In this document: one piece after another, positions 36,731-49,453 of the stretch
How positions within the stretch are numbered: position 1 is the first letter of the stretch
Layout of the letters: every line of letters begins with the position of its first letter
Assembly: GCF_030144855.1 (NCBI RefSeq)
Contig: NC_082706.1
Span: 117,118,001 to 117,182,000, forward strand
Direction: 5' to 3'
Length of the DNA stretch: 64,000 nt
DNA from: Hypanus sabinus
Taxonomy: Eukaryota
Program-made: the position numbers and the translations under genes
Notes under the pieces: model-generated
What the model saw: the letters and a program-made list of their open reading frames with translations, nothing else
Database searches by the model: none
What the model was told of the DNA's origin: nothing

Positions 36731-38159
36731 TTAGAAGGCAAAGGATATTTTGAAGAGGGGTGTGTACAAAGGATTCCTTTCCAATAATCATCAAGTTTGT
36801 TAAGGATGCCTGCACACATGTGCAACATTTGCATGGTCAAACTGATTAAATTTAAATTCCTGCACATATCCCCTCACAGCAGCATTTTTTGCTGTGTTGC
36901 TGTGAGCACAAACATCAATGTTATGGATTAGGGTAGAAAGAAAAAATATTCTGCTGAAGGGATTTTTGTTATCAAATTTGATCTCCAGATATGATACATT
37001 CCCCAAAAAATAGATTCTTGACAGTTGTAGTCCAAGGCCATCAGAGACATATTCACTATCCTTGGGGTCTGCTTTAGCAGGATGTGGTATTTAAGTACAT
37101 TAAAACCACAAGCCAAGCTTAGACTCATTATACAGCAGCTTGCCTAAAAGAAAGATATTCAAGAATAACCTAACCTTTGCAGGTAAGAATTTTGAACTAT
37201 CTTATTATATGTGGAGCATTCTGTGATGTTAATGCCTTTCTGTTGCTTTGCATTTTGGACCTTGCCCTTTCACCTTTGCTTCTGATATATTTTTAAGCAA
37301 CAAATTCATAGCTGACTTAATAAACGTGATGTTTATTTTTCTACTCAGGATTTCATTTCATTTAGTTTCATGCAAATAGTTCGCTGACTGAGGAAGGTGA
37401 AACAGAAATGAATGTATTTTTTAATCAGAGATTTTCCGTTGACCTTTCATGGACTTAGAGCTTGACAGCAAATATTTCCACTTCTGTCAACAAACTCTTA
37501 ATGAAATGAGTTTGTTATTGTGGAATTACAAAACCGTTGAAGCTGAGAATGTATGATATTAAATTTAATGTAGATGGATATTCCATTTTGACAATGCAAT
37601 GCTCTATTTCATTTACCACCAGCGGCAGTGAGAACTTTAAAAGGGGTAGTAGGATAACTACAATGAAATTGCAGATTAAGCACAACAACGCAAATACAAT
37701 AAATCATTACAGGATTAAATAAATGGCTTGTTGCAGCTGAACGCCACAGGAATAATTTAGACAGTAGAAGCAGGGCTTTCACAATGGGCAAAATAAATTA
37801 CTGCACTCAGTGTGATGATAGATCAAATGCACTAAGATGAACACACAAATGTGAATCATTTGGATTGCATTGAGAGCATGCAGCTAAAGTACATTGCTGA
37901 TCGTAGAGACAGAATGACAAAGGTTATCATTTGAGAGACACATACCAGTGATTATGCACAGCAGTGATTCGGGAGAAATTTCCAGATGATTAAGGTGGCA
38001 TTACTTTTTGGTTAATAAGTCAACCTTTCGGGAAGATAAATTGTAAAGTGAATAGTGGTATTTAGGTTCAATCACAGCATTCACATCTGACAGACTTTTT
38101 ATAATTTAAACTTTATCTAATGCAAAATGAAAATAAGCTAAGATTTTTTTTACCATTAT

Positions 38160-38310
38160 CCTCCCCTTGCTTTCCAATCCTGAAGAAGAGTCTCAGCCCA
38201 AAATGTTGACTGTGTATTGATTTCCATTGATGCTGCCTGACCTGCTGAGTTCCTCCAGCATTTTGTGTGCGTTGCCTGGAATTTCCAGCATTTGCAGGAT
38301 CTCTTGTGTA
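38160..38310 (+). mobile_element. Penelope pLTR 3' end with a hammerhead-derived motif (38175-38212)
   Basis: caatc-CTGAAGA-agagtctcagccc-AAAAT-gtt-gactg, then 'gatgctgcctgacctgctgagttcctccagcattttgtg'. Confidence 0.8.
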
Positions 38311-38559
38311 TTGTCATTATCTGCAATGTTTCAGCAAAAAAATCACACATTTTTTCAGAAGGTCAAAGTGCATTTTTCACACACTATTATTTCCTTTCAC
38401 CTCTCTAGAGGTGAGTTGGTCCACAGATTCTCCAAACTGGATGCACTGCAGCGATTCTGCCTGTTAGATTGCTCACTTATTCAGCTCTCCATCATCTGAC
38501 ATTCAGAGAACAAGCTAACATTCAAGATGTTTTGAAAATCTCATTAGTTCTTGTGGTCC

Positions 38560-41090
38560 TTCCATTAATTGAAATTGACCATGGATGTTGGACCCAGCTA
38601 GCTATCTATGTTGCTGGTGCAGTGCAGTCTGTGCCAGATAAGAACAATGCGAGAGTGGCTGTCTCTGTTTCAAAGGTCACATTTATAAGTAGTCTCAGCT
38701 CTGCTAGAGCTGCAGTGTTCCTTTCTATAGGCCCATTTGTTTTCTGCTGCTTTGAGGAATTTTTCCTTGCCTGACTTAAGGCATTGTTTCGGGGTGCTTC
38801 AGCTACTAGTTGCTCCCAGGACTCAATGTTGATGTCCAATGCCTTCATGCCCCGTTTGCTGACATCATTGTAGTGCAGTTGTGGGTGGCCATTAGTTCTT
38901 GTGCCAGAAGTTAGTTCACCACAGAGGATGCGTCCACCCTGCATGTGGCAAACATGGCCTAGCCAGTGCAGCCGACGCTACCCGAGCAGGGTGTATACGC
39001 TTGGGAGGCTGATGTGTGAGTGAACCTTAGCAATGGATACTCAGCCTCTGCAGGAGATGCCCATCAGTGTGCTGGTGACACAAGCACTGTACACTGCCAT
39101 CTTTGCTTTGACTGAGAGCTTGACTCAGATTCACGTGTTGAGGCAAGCAAGAGATGCTGCAGCCTTCCCAATGCACTTGTTGATTTTTGTGTCGAAGGAG
39201 AGGCTGTCACCGATCATGGACCCCAGGAAAGTGAACTGATGAACAATATCCAGTTTGCAGTTATCTGTGATACTGGCTGGAGATGCCTCCTTGTCTTGTC
39301 CCAAGATGTTTGTCTTTTTCAGGCTGATAATCAGAACAAATTCCTTGCAGGCACTGGGGCAAGGACAGAAAATTGCTTAACACTGCTACTTGTTTCAAAG
39401 TACACCAAAGAGCTGCCATTTGCTGCACAGTTTTTCAAGCTGTTGTGGAAGGATTTGATCAGGCTCTGTAGTCTTGGTGGGCAGCCTACCTTAGAGAAAA
39501 TCTGAAAGAGTCCATCTCCGCTGACCAAGTAAAATGTCTTGGTGAAATTAATAAATGCAATGTAGAGAGGCTTCTTTTGTTAGCAGCTTCTCTTGGAGTT
39601 GGCAGAGAGAAGATTGTGTCCACAATTGACCTTCCAGCACAGAAGCCACACAATGACTGCAGGTAGACACAATCAGACAACTTCTGTAGGTGGACCAAGA
39701 ATACTCGGGTTAAGACTCTGCCAACAACATTCAAGAGGGAGATGCCCCTGTCATTGTTGCAGGCACTTTTCTCACCTTTCTTTTGTAGAGGATAATGATC
39801 TTGGTGTTGCTCATATCCTGCAGTACAGGTCCTTTCTGTCAGCATTGACAGAGTACTTGGTGCAGTGGATACAGTAAGATAGTCGTGCTTGATCAGGTCT
39901 AGTGGATTCCCATTATTCCTTGGTGCCTTCCCTTAGGCCGAGCTGCCAATGGCCTTGCTGAGCGACTCTAGGGTCAGTTTTGCACCCAGTTCTTCCATTG
40001 TCACTAGGCACTCGATGGTGTCAGCTGTCAATGATGGTATCAGAGTTAATTCTGGAGTAGAAGTCAGAGTAATGTTCTAACCATCTCTGCATCTGTTTGC
40101 CCATCTCTGTGATTACTTCCCGATGATGGATTTGAGGGGAGCCATGGGCCAAGGACTTTCATGATGCCATCATACTGCCTATCAGTGCTGCGGTCTGGGT
40201 GTCTTCACTGAGTTACTTCCAGTACTCAATGGCACAGTGCTTGGTGGTCTGCTGAACTGTACTTCTAGTTGCACTGAGTATCTGTAAGTTCCTTTCAGGT
40301 GGAGAACACATATTCTCAGCAAGACAGCACATTTGGCTTCAATGATAGGGGTCATCTCATTGGATTTGGCTTCAAAGTTCAAAAGTTCAAACTAAATATA
40401 TTATCAAGGTACATATATGTCACCATTCATTTTCTTGTTTTCTTGCTTGATTCATTTAATTTGTTTTTGAGGTCTTATTGCCTGAAGGTAGCTTTAGCTG
40501 CACTGTAGATGGTATTCTGCAGAAGTCCCATTTCTCTGTGGCAGTGCATCCAGACTGCTCGGTGCTCAGTTCTTTCTCGAAGGACTTAGCAAACTGTTCC
40601 GGCAGGTCTGGGTGAAGCATGTTGCTGATGTCAATGTGAGGGTTCCCTTCTTAATTTGTGCAACGGAATTGCTTTGTCCGCATTATAACCTTACAACACA
40701 TCAGTGAGAGGGCAATGTCGCAGTCTACCCTATGGTAGGAATGTGTGAAAAGCGTGCTGCCAAGGATGGAACACTTGACTAGGATAAAGTCCAGCTTGTG
40801 CCAGTCTAGATCAATGGTGTCTCCAGCAAACCTTGTGTTGAATCTTGGTCTGGAAGGATGAGTTGATGATGCGAAGATTATGATAAGTGCAGAATTCCAG
40901 CAATCACTGTCTGCTCTCATTCATCTTGCCTATGCCAAAGTAACATAGGCAGGAAGACCATGAACCATGATCTGCATCCATCCTGGCATTGAAGTCATCC
41001 AGGAGAACAAAATGCTCCTTGTTGGGGATATTCCTCATGGTGTCTGCAATGTTCTCATAAAACTCATCCTTTGTCTCAAATGGAGAACAC
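38560..41090 (-). mobile_element. RTE-clade (BovB-like) LINE, decayed EN+RT
   Basis: 'RILCGELTSGTRTNGHPQLHYNDVSKRGMKALDINIESWEQL', 'KKGEKSACNNDRGISLLNVVGRVL..CGFCAGRSIVDTIFSL', EN 'LLDDFNARM' (~41000) and 'WHKLDFILV'. A Rex tail is inserted at ~40370-40430. Confidence 0.92.
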
Positions 41091-41104
41091 TGACAAGAGC
41101 ATTG

Positions 41105-41420
41105 ACCTCAACATAGGATTGCCTTAGGGACTCCAGCTCTGGATTTTTACTCGGGATGTACTCCCAAAGCCTTCCCTATGTGTGTATTGCCGCAAGACAG
41201 TGAAGGTTTGAGATCAGCATTTCCCTTCTCCTAGAAAAGCTGCCAACCTTGGCTGATGAGCTCCAAATGATTGGCTTTAAGGCACCAGTAATGCTCCTTT
41301 GCCCCTTTTTCTATCATTAGAAATGGTTCTGCCATGCTTGGTAGCTAATCCACATGTGAAGGCCAGGATCTGAACTTGGTTGTCAGAAGCAGTTTGAATG
41401 CATGCCATTGGGAGCATTTA
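41105..41420 (-). repeat. RTE-associated 5'UTR-like or SINE-like repeat
   Basis: Adjacent to the RTE EN. Reverse strand reads 'ggttggcagcttttctaggagaagggaaatgctgatctcaaacc', recalled as an RTE 5' region. Confidence 0.45.
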
Positions 41421-41434
41421 ATGTTAAATGTCCA

Positions 41435-42420
41435 ATGTTGTTTGTCATATACATTAATGATCTGGATGATGGGGTGATAAATTGGATTAGTAAGTATGCA
41501 GATGATACTAAGTTAGGTGGTGTTGTGGATAATAAAGTTGTTTTCAAAGCTTGCAGAGAGATTTGGGCCAGTTAGAAGAGTGGGCTGAAAGATGGCAGAT
41601 GGAGTTTAACGCTGTTAAGTGTGAGGTGCTACATTTCGGTAGGAATAATCCAAATAGGACATACATGGTAAATGGTAGGGTATTGAGGAATGCAATAGAA
41701 CAGAGTGATCTAGGAATAATGGTGCATAGTTCCCTGAAGGTGGAATCTCATGTGGATAGGGTGGTGAAGAAAGCTTTTGGTATGCTGGCCTTTATAAATC
41801 AGAGCATTGAGTTTAGGAGTTGGGATGTAAGGTTAAAATTGTACAAGGCATTGGTGAGGCCAAATTGGTGTATTGTGTACAGTTCTGGTCACCGAATTAT
41901 AGGAAAGATGTCAACAAAATAGAAAGAGTACAGAGGAGATTTACTAGAATGCTACCTGGGTTTCAGCACCAAAGTTACAGAGAAAGGTTGAACAAGTTAG
42001 GTCTTTATTCTTTGGACCATAGAAGGTTGAGGGGGGACTTAATAGAGGTATTTAAAATTATGAGGGGGATAGGATAGAGTTGACGTGGATAGGCTTTTTC
42101 CATTGAGAGTAGGGGAGAGATTCAAACAAGAGGACATGAGTTGAGATTTAAGGGGCAAAAGTTTAGGGGAAACATGAGGGGGAACTTCTTTACTCAGAGA
42201 GTGGTAGCTGTGTGGAACAAACTTCCAGTAGAAGTGTTAGAGGCAGGTTCAATTTTGTCATCTAAAGTAAAATTGGATATGTATATGGACAGGAAAGGAA
42301 TGGAGGGTTATGGGCTGAGTGCAGGTAGGTGTGACTAGGTGAGAGTAAGTGTTTGGCACAGACTAGAAGGGTCGAGGTGGCCTGTTTCCGTGTTGTAATT
42401 GTTATATGGTTATATGGTTA
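41435..42420 (+). mobile_element. CR1 LINE 3' ~1 kb, well preserved
   Basis: 'YINDLD..SKYADDTKLGG', 'WAERWQMEFNAVKCEVLHFG', 'QFWSPNYRKD..ERVQRRFTRMLPG'; (ATATGGTT)n tail. Confidence 0.95.
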
Positions 42421-43309
42421 TTAGATAGATGAAGCTTTTGCTACAAGCCCACCCTCAGCCCCGTGGGTAATGACAACCTTAAGAAATCACTGATTAGTGA
42501 CAATAAAGTAAATACATCTAAATTATCCACGAGTGTTTTCCAATCTTTTCTTAAAAATAGAGTTCTTGTGATATTTACCACTTCCTGTTAGTTACAAATG
42601 ACATTGGCTTAACTTTGAAGATTCACGATTGGTTTCTGCTCCTTCAATTCAACTGATACCACTATGCACAGTCATCATTACTAATACCCTTCTTCCTTTA
42701 AAAGTATCCCAGAAAATTTTAATGGTAGCCTACTTAACACCGCGCCAGAAGTTAATTGCATCAATGTTGATTGATGAAATGGCTCCCTTGAACACAATTT
42801 CTCAGCATATGATTTTCTACTATTTAATCCTTTTCAAATATTCAATAAAAGCTCTTCTTGTATGGCACACTTCATTGATTCTGATACCCACTCATCCTGA
42901 AGTCGTTCATTGATTGGAATAATCATTTCATTAATCTTACTCATTCAATTTTACTCATCAATAGCAATGTTGTTTTAGTTTTTGTAAGGACTTACTTTGA
43001 GTACTAATTTCCTTTAGTGCATTTGAGATATCGCAGCTCCATCTCATCATGCTGAAATGATAATTCAATTGTCTTTTGCTTACTTGACTGACTTGGAAAA
43101 ATTATAAATCCAGCTTGGTGGTTATCTAGTCAAAAGCTCTTGCCGAGAAGGAGTCTGAGTGTTTAAAATTGTCCAGATGGTGTACTACATAGAAAATAGT
43201 CCATAGTTTCTGTTCAGGTTCACCACATCCTTATTCTGCTCAGATCCATTTTAGGGTTTCCATATTTCACAAAGCAGGTCAAAACAAGTAGGAATTGCGG
43301 ACAGAAAAT

Positions 43310-43830
43310 TAGAATCAGAATCAGAATCAGGATTATTATTACTGTCATGTTTTGTGAAATTTGTTAACTTAACAGCAGCAGTTCAATACGATATACAATA
43401 TAGGAGATAAACAAATAAAGAAATTGCAGTATATGTATATTGAATAGATTAAAATCATGCAGAAACAGAAATAATATATATTAAAAAAGTGATATAGTGA
43501 TATGAAGAAGGTGTTCCTGAATCATTAAGTGTGTGTCTTCAGGCTTCTGTACCTCCTGCCTGATAGTAACAGTGAGAAAAGTGCATGCCCTGGGTGCTGA
43601 GGGTCCTTAATAATGGAGCCTAACTTTCTGAGACACCGCTCCTTGAAGATGACTTGGGTACTTTGCAAGCTTGTACCCAAGATGGAGCCGAGTAAATTTA
43701 CGACCCTCTGCAGCTTCTTTCGGTCCTGTGCAGTAGCCCCATCCCCCAACCCCCCATACCCGGACATCAATGCAATTTGTCAGAATGCTCTATGGTACAT
43801 CTATAGAAGTTTTTGAGTTTTTGTTGAAAT
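43310..43830 (-). mobile_element. Rex1/Babar LINE 3' fragment with (GATTCT)n tail
   Basis: 'ATAQDRKKLQRVV..IIKDPQHPGHALFSLLLSGRRYRSLKTHT'; agaatc repeats at 43311-43330. Confidence 0.9.
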
Positions 43831-44211
43831 ACTGGATCTCTTTGTTTTATATTCCAGATGATTATTTTATTATATGGTTTCTTTGGAATTGCTGTGCCAT
43901 CCGAGAAGAGCTCAGGCATATTACAATAGAGATTTGCTGGAAACTTATGTGGTGAACTAGGACATTTATTAGATTGCTGTAGTAGGTAAAGTATGTAAAT
44001 CATTCATAATTGTATCTGCAGCACCAATGAATGTCATGGGGCAATATGCACCAGCAACATTAATCATTGAAGATTTCCGGGTTCTGGTGACAGCAAATAT
44101 TTTGGAGTTCAGCTCAACATTCATATAATTGGGATAACCACTTGCAGGTGAGATGGGTGCTTAATTGTTGGGTATTTAGAAGATTAACATTACTTGCAAG
44201 ACTCTGGGCAT

Positions 44212-45067
44212 TGTTATGTGGCTGGCAATAATGAATATAAAATTGAGTCAGGTTATATAAAACAAACATAAACATTTATTAAACTCTGCTCAACAAAAGT
44301 GAAAAGTAAACAAACTACTAACTTAACTGGAAGTTAACTGCTATACAGCAATTTAACAAACAGCCAAACTCTGGAATAGTTCTTAAAGTGGTAAATTCAA
44401 AAATCCAAGTGATTTATACAGTCAGTAAGGAAAGACTTCCCTGAAAACTGATTCCTTCGAAGCAATGATGATCTGCTGATCCTACTGCAGGGCAATGCCT
44501 TGTCCAAAGGATTCATGACGAAGGAAATAAAACAGCTTAAAGGAACTGATCTTTTTGCTGGAAGGTGAACACTGCACAAACCTTCCTGATCTTGCCAGGG
44601 TTATCTCAGACGCAGGTCACTATTTCTGAATGAAGATTCAATAAGGTCGATCCTTAATAGAATCTCCATCCTTCGAGTTTCCATACTTTGGTGAAGTCTT
44701 CACTCTCTAACTAGATTGTAAAGATAAATCTAAGATGCAACAAACCAGAACTGGCAGTGATTGCTGAAACTGCTGGCACTACGGTTTTTGCTCCTTACAA
44801 TAGAAAGTAAAAACTCCACTTTAAAATGAAACTGCATCATAAGACGAATACGCAGCAAAACTAACTAACAAACTGACTATTGAACTAACCTGCGTCACAA
44901 CAGGGGTTTCCCCTTATATACCGGTTGGAACATTACATCATGTGACCTCACACTGGTGGGAAAATTCCATCACCCCACCATCACAAGACAATTACATCAT
45001 GCTCACAAGATACTCAATTACATCATGGTCATAAGACAGTCACAAGATACCCACAGGGTATGTAACA
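44212..45067 (-). mobile_element. Solo LTR (856 bp), imperfect 4-bp TSD GCAT/GTAT
   Basis: TGTTATGT...ATGTAACA termini; minus-strand TATATAAGGG (44911-44920) and AATAAA (44275-44280); tandem U3 repeats at 44930-45050. Confidence 0.85.
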
Positions 45068-45539
45068 GTATTTCTGTAAACACCCTAGATCATTCTGACA
45101 GGTTTTAGATACTTCTGTGGTATGGTCACCTATCCATTGTTCTTAAATGATCATTACAAAAGCTCAAGTCATAGTCACCCATCATTCTTGCACAGGTCAG
45201 GTTTACCTTCACAACAGATAAGGCTGAGATGAGTATGATTCAGTGTCCATTTGCTCTAATTTACAGTTTCATTTTTAGATTCTATATGTGACTATTGAAC
45301 TAATTTCCTTCTGATTTTATTTTGATTTAAAATTTTAACATGTGATATATATATAGAAATCTTTGCTCTATTCTCATGATTAGATAAAAATATATATCTG
45401 GACTCACAGCATTATAAACATGTTCATCGATTGGATTACATGGTCTTTTGTTATCGTCACAGCCAATAGATTAAAAACACACTAATATAATCTTGTAACA
45501 TTTTGTTACCAAATGGAGCTTCAACTTAGTAGTGACAGT

Positions 45540-46364
45540 TGTTACGAACCCCGTAACTGGGTGTCTTACCAGCAAAGATAGAGACGTCCGTTGAAGTGTG
45601 ATGATACTATTTTTAACAGTATTTATTAGCAAAAATACACAAAAATAATATCATTGCAAACATACAGATAATATACATCATCAATACTAAACCTAAAAGT
45701 GCAGGTATGATAATAATCAATAAGAAATAAGCTCTATTGTTGACTAGGGGATAATGAATTGTCCGATGGAAAATCTAAGGTTCATTTCAGTTCATGCAGG
45801 CTGCAGCCGTTGTTGATCGCTTTGTTGCAAATGTTGGAGAGAGAGAGAGAAATAGAAAAACTTGCCGGCTTTCCTTGTTACAATCTTGATCCATATCCGT
45901 CCTTTAGCGAGACCGTTCCGTGGAGGACCTGTCACCCAGGCAAGGGTGGACACACACACAACCCCCCTCACCGATCTCGTAGCGTTTCTCCTGGTGCGAA
46001 TGAGGGGTGTTTCCCTAGACCCTTTTTTATCCTCACTCATGGGGTTTCCGATGTCAATCAGGTTGGGATGGTGCAATTCCTCAACCAGACCACTCTGGTT
46101 GTCCCTTGAGGGGTTTCAATGAATAGTACAATACTCAATACACAATTCCTTCTTCAAGAGACAATAGCAGTAATCTCTCTCTTTGTCAAATAGGAGACAT
46201 TCCACCTTGTGTATTCAGCGTTGTCTCTCTCATCACTGACATGATGTGTATCTCTCTCATTTCCTGAGTATCAGACCTGAAATAATAGCGATCTTGCGAT
46301 TCTCAAAAAGGAGGGGGTGACTTTGTTCCCCTTCGGCCCTCAGAGTTCCTCCACATTCGTAACA
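45540..46364 (-). mobile_element. Solo LTR (825 bp), 4-bp TSD CAGT; same family as 32337-33167
   Basis: Perfect 9-bp terminal inverted repeat TGTTACGAA...TTCGTAACA; CAGT at 45536-39 and 46365-68. Confidence 0.93.
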
Positions 46365-46519
46365 CAGTCTAAATTCTGAGTCTAAATGTCAAAAGTGTAT
46401 ATCCTACTCTTGGTGGTGTGAAGAAAAATCCATATTAATACTTGGACTACAGTGCTGGATATGCATAGTTCTGGAATGAACTAACCAGTATTTATTCCTA
46501 AACAACAGACTAATGATTA

Positions 46520-47500
46520 TAAAGTGGTCAGCAACACTGGGGCTCCACAGAGGACTGTCCCATCTCCCTTTCTCTTCACCATCTACACCTTGGACTTCAA
46601 CTACTGCACAGAGTCTTACCATCTTCAGAAGTTTTCTGATGACTCTGTCATAGTTGGATGCATTAGCAAGGGAGATGAGGTGGAGTACAGAGTTACGGTG
46701 GGTAACTTTGTCACATGGTGTGAGCAGAATCATCTGCAGCTTAATGTGAAAAAGACTAAGGAGCTGGTGGTGGACCTGAGGAGGGCTAAGGCACCGGAGA
46801 CCCCCGTTTCCATCCAAGGGGTCAGAGTGGACATGGTGGAGTATTACAAACACCTGGGGTACGAATTGACAATAAACTGGACTGGTCAAAGAACACTGAG
46901 GCTGTCTACAAGAAGGGTCAGAGCCGTCTCTACTTCCTGAGGAGACTGAGCTCTATTAACATCTGCCAGACGATGCTGACCATGTTCTACAAGGCTGTGG
47001 TGGCCAGTGCTATCACGTTTGCTGTTGCGTGCTGGGGCAGCAGGCTGAGGGTAGCAGACAACAACAGAATCAACAAACTCATTCAAAAGGCCAGTGATGT
47101 TGTGGGGGTGGAACTGGACTCTCTGACGGTGGTGTCTGAAAAGAGGATGCTGGCCAAGTTGCATGCCATCTTGGACAATGACTCCCATCCACTCCATAAT
47201 GTACTGGTTAGGCACAGGAGTACATTCAGCCAGAGACTCATTCCACCGAGATGTAACACTGAGCGTCATAGGAAGTCATTCCTACCTGTGGCCATCAAAC
47301 TTTACAACTCCTCCTTCGACATGTCAGACACCCTGAGCCAATAGGCTGGTCCTGGACTTATTTCCACTTAGCATGATTAACTTATTTTTATTTAATTATT
47401 TATGGTTTTATATTACTATATTTCTACACTATTCTTGGTTGGCGCGGCTGTAATGAAACCCAATTTCCCTCGTGATCAATAAAGTATGTCTGTCTGTCTG
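46520..47500 (+). mobile_element. Rex1-type LINE 3' ~1 kb (second family, well preserved)
   Basis: 'SNTGAPQRTVPSPFLFTIYT..LQKFSDDSVIVGCI..WCEQNHLQLNVKKTKELVVD', 'HPLHNVL..TERHRKSFLPVAIKLYN'; AATAAA plus (TCTG)n tail. Confidence 0.93.
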
Positions 47501-47612
47501 TAAACAAGATGCTGGAAATCCACACAATGCAAACAAAATGCTATAGGAATTCAACAGGCCAGGCATCTATGGAAAAAAGTGCATTCAACATTTTGGGGCA
47601 AGATCCTTCGAT
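47500..47612 (-). mobile_element. Penelope pLTR end (reverse)
   Basis: 'gatgctggaaatcc..caaaatgctataggaattcaacaggccaggcatctatggaaa..tcaacattttggggcaagatccttc'. Confidence 0.7.
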
Positions 47613-47740
47613 TGATTCTGCCATGGATGGTTGCAAATCCAGCTGTTAAAGAAGGATGGTTGGGCATGGGGCCAGCAACTCCATCCCATAAAAAATCCAG
47701 AGCTACAGAAACACCAACAGGAAGACATCATCCCTGGGAG

Positions 47741-48620
47741 AGAATCAGAATCAGGCTTATTATCGCCGGCATGTAGTGTGAAATTAGTTAACTTAGCGGC
47801 AGCAGTTCAATGCAAAACATAATCTAGCAGAGAGAGGAAAAATAATAATAAATAAAATAAAACATAATAATGAATAAAAGAGTAAATCAATTACATATAT
47901 TGAATAGATTATTAAAAATGTGCAAAAACAGAAATATTGTATATTAAAAAAGTCCATTCAGGAATCGGATGGTAGAGGGGAAGAAGCTGTTCCTGAACTG
48001 CTGAGTGTGTGCCTTCAGGCTTCTGTATCTCCTTTCTGATGGTAACAGTGAGAGAAGGGCATGCCCTGGGTGCTGGAGGTCTTTAATAATGGACGCTACC
48101 TTTCTGAGACACTGCTCCCTAAAGAGGTCCTGGGTACTTTGTAAGCTAGTGCCCAAGATGAAGCTGACTAGATTTACAACCTTCTGCAGCTTCTTTCAGT
48201 CCTGTGCAGTAGCCCCTCCATACCAGACAGTCATGCAGCCTGTCAGAATGCTCTCCATGATACAACTATAGAAGTTTTTGAGTGTATTTGTTGACATGCC
48301 AAATCACTTCAAACTCCTAATAAAGTATAGCTGCTGTTTTGCCTTCTTTATGACTACATCAAAGTGTTGGGACCAGGTTAAATCCTCAGAGATCTTGATG
48401 CCCAGAAACTTGAAGCTGCTCACTCTCTCCACTTCTGATCCCTCTATGTGTTCTTTCATTTTACCCTTCCTGAAGTCCACAATCAGCTCTTTCGTCATAC
48501 TGACGTTGAGTGCCAGGTTGTTGCAGTGGCACCATTTCACTAGCTGGCATATCTCACACCTGTATGTCCTCTCGTCACCATCTGAAATTCTACCCACAAT
48601 GGTTGTATCATCAGCAAATT
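47741..48620 (-). mobile_element. Rex1/Babar LINE 3' fragment
   Basis: 'KFADDTTIVGRISDGDE..WCHCNNLALNVSMTKELIVDFRK', 'HPGHALLSLLPSERRYRSLKAHTQQFRNSFFPSTIRFLN'; (GATTCT)n tail. Confidence 0.93.
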
Positions 48621-48621
48621 T

Positions 48622-49185
48622 GTGCTGGGAAGCTTGCCAATGCTGTCCTTCTTCCATTACCAACATAGAATGCACCCAGCTCACTAACCCTAAAAGTATG
48701 TCTTTGGACTGTGGGAGGAAACCTGAGAACCCGGAGGAAACTCACAGTCATGGTGAAAATCTATAAACTCCTTATCAATGTTCCCTCTGAGGTGTGCCTA
48801 TGTAATCGCATACACATCTTTTGCCACTAGCTCACAAAATTTAGACTGTGCACAACAGGTTGTCACCCTCTACCTCATTGGCATGTTAAGTATATTTCAC
48901 TAACATACCCAATCACATTTCCTTTTCCGGTTTCTGATGTGAATAGTGCTCTCAACATGGAGTTTGCGATGATTTGTCTGCAGATTGTAGAACTGGCTTA
49001 TTTATACTGTTTTTATCGAAGAAATTATTCAGGTTGTAGTCACTGGGCAGAATATTGTACAGCACAAGATTTTTGTGTACACTGGTCATTGCAAATTAGA
49101 GTGAACATTGTCCTTACAGACAGTAGTGGGGATTGACATCCGATCTTCGAGCTGACATTGTGCTAATTGCTATGCTACTGTGCTG
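48622..49185 (-). mobile_element. V-SINE interrupted by a hAT-like MITE
   Basis: 'tctttggactgtgggaggaaacctgagaacccggaggaaac...aaactcctta' continues as 'tccttacagacagtagtgggga' after 49110. Confidence 0.8.
48776..49110. mobile_element. hAT-like MITE (335 bp)
   Basis: TIRs CAATGTTCCCTCTGA / TTAGAGTGAACATTG; duplicated target TCCTTAT / TCCTTAC (7-8 bp). Confidence 0.82.
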
Positions 49186-49453
49186 CTCTTCCTTTGTTAT
49201 CAGACCTCTCTGTGTTAAACGCTGTTGCAGGCAAGTAGCTTCACTTATGGAACAGGGTTTCATTGATTTCTCTCTAGCTTGCATGTCTTAACATTCCATG
49301 CTTTATGTTTTGAATCTGCTGATGATTAGGCATTTTAATTAGGATCATTATAATTACACAACAATCAGTTGTGTAATTATAATGATCGCTTTTCAGAAAA
49401 AAAGCAGCTCTCTGAATCATTGGGTCATTGCTGGCTTCTGTACCTTTCCTTTT

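Noticed and set aside
44930-45050. CRISPR-like repeat-spacer array
   Set aside because: Short irregular repeats inside a eukaryotic LTR U3; no constant repeat length, no unique spacers, no cas genes.
32337-46364. A single 14-kb provirus or giant TIR element bounded by the two homologous LTRs
   Set aside because: The repeats are inverted rather than direct, each has its own distinct 4-bp TSD, and no gag or pol lies between them.
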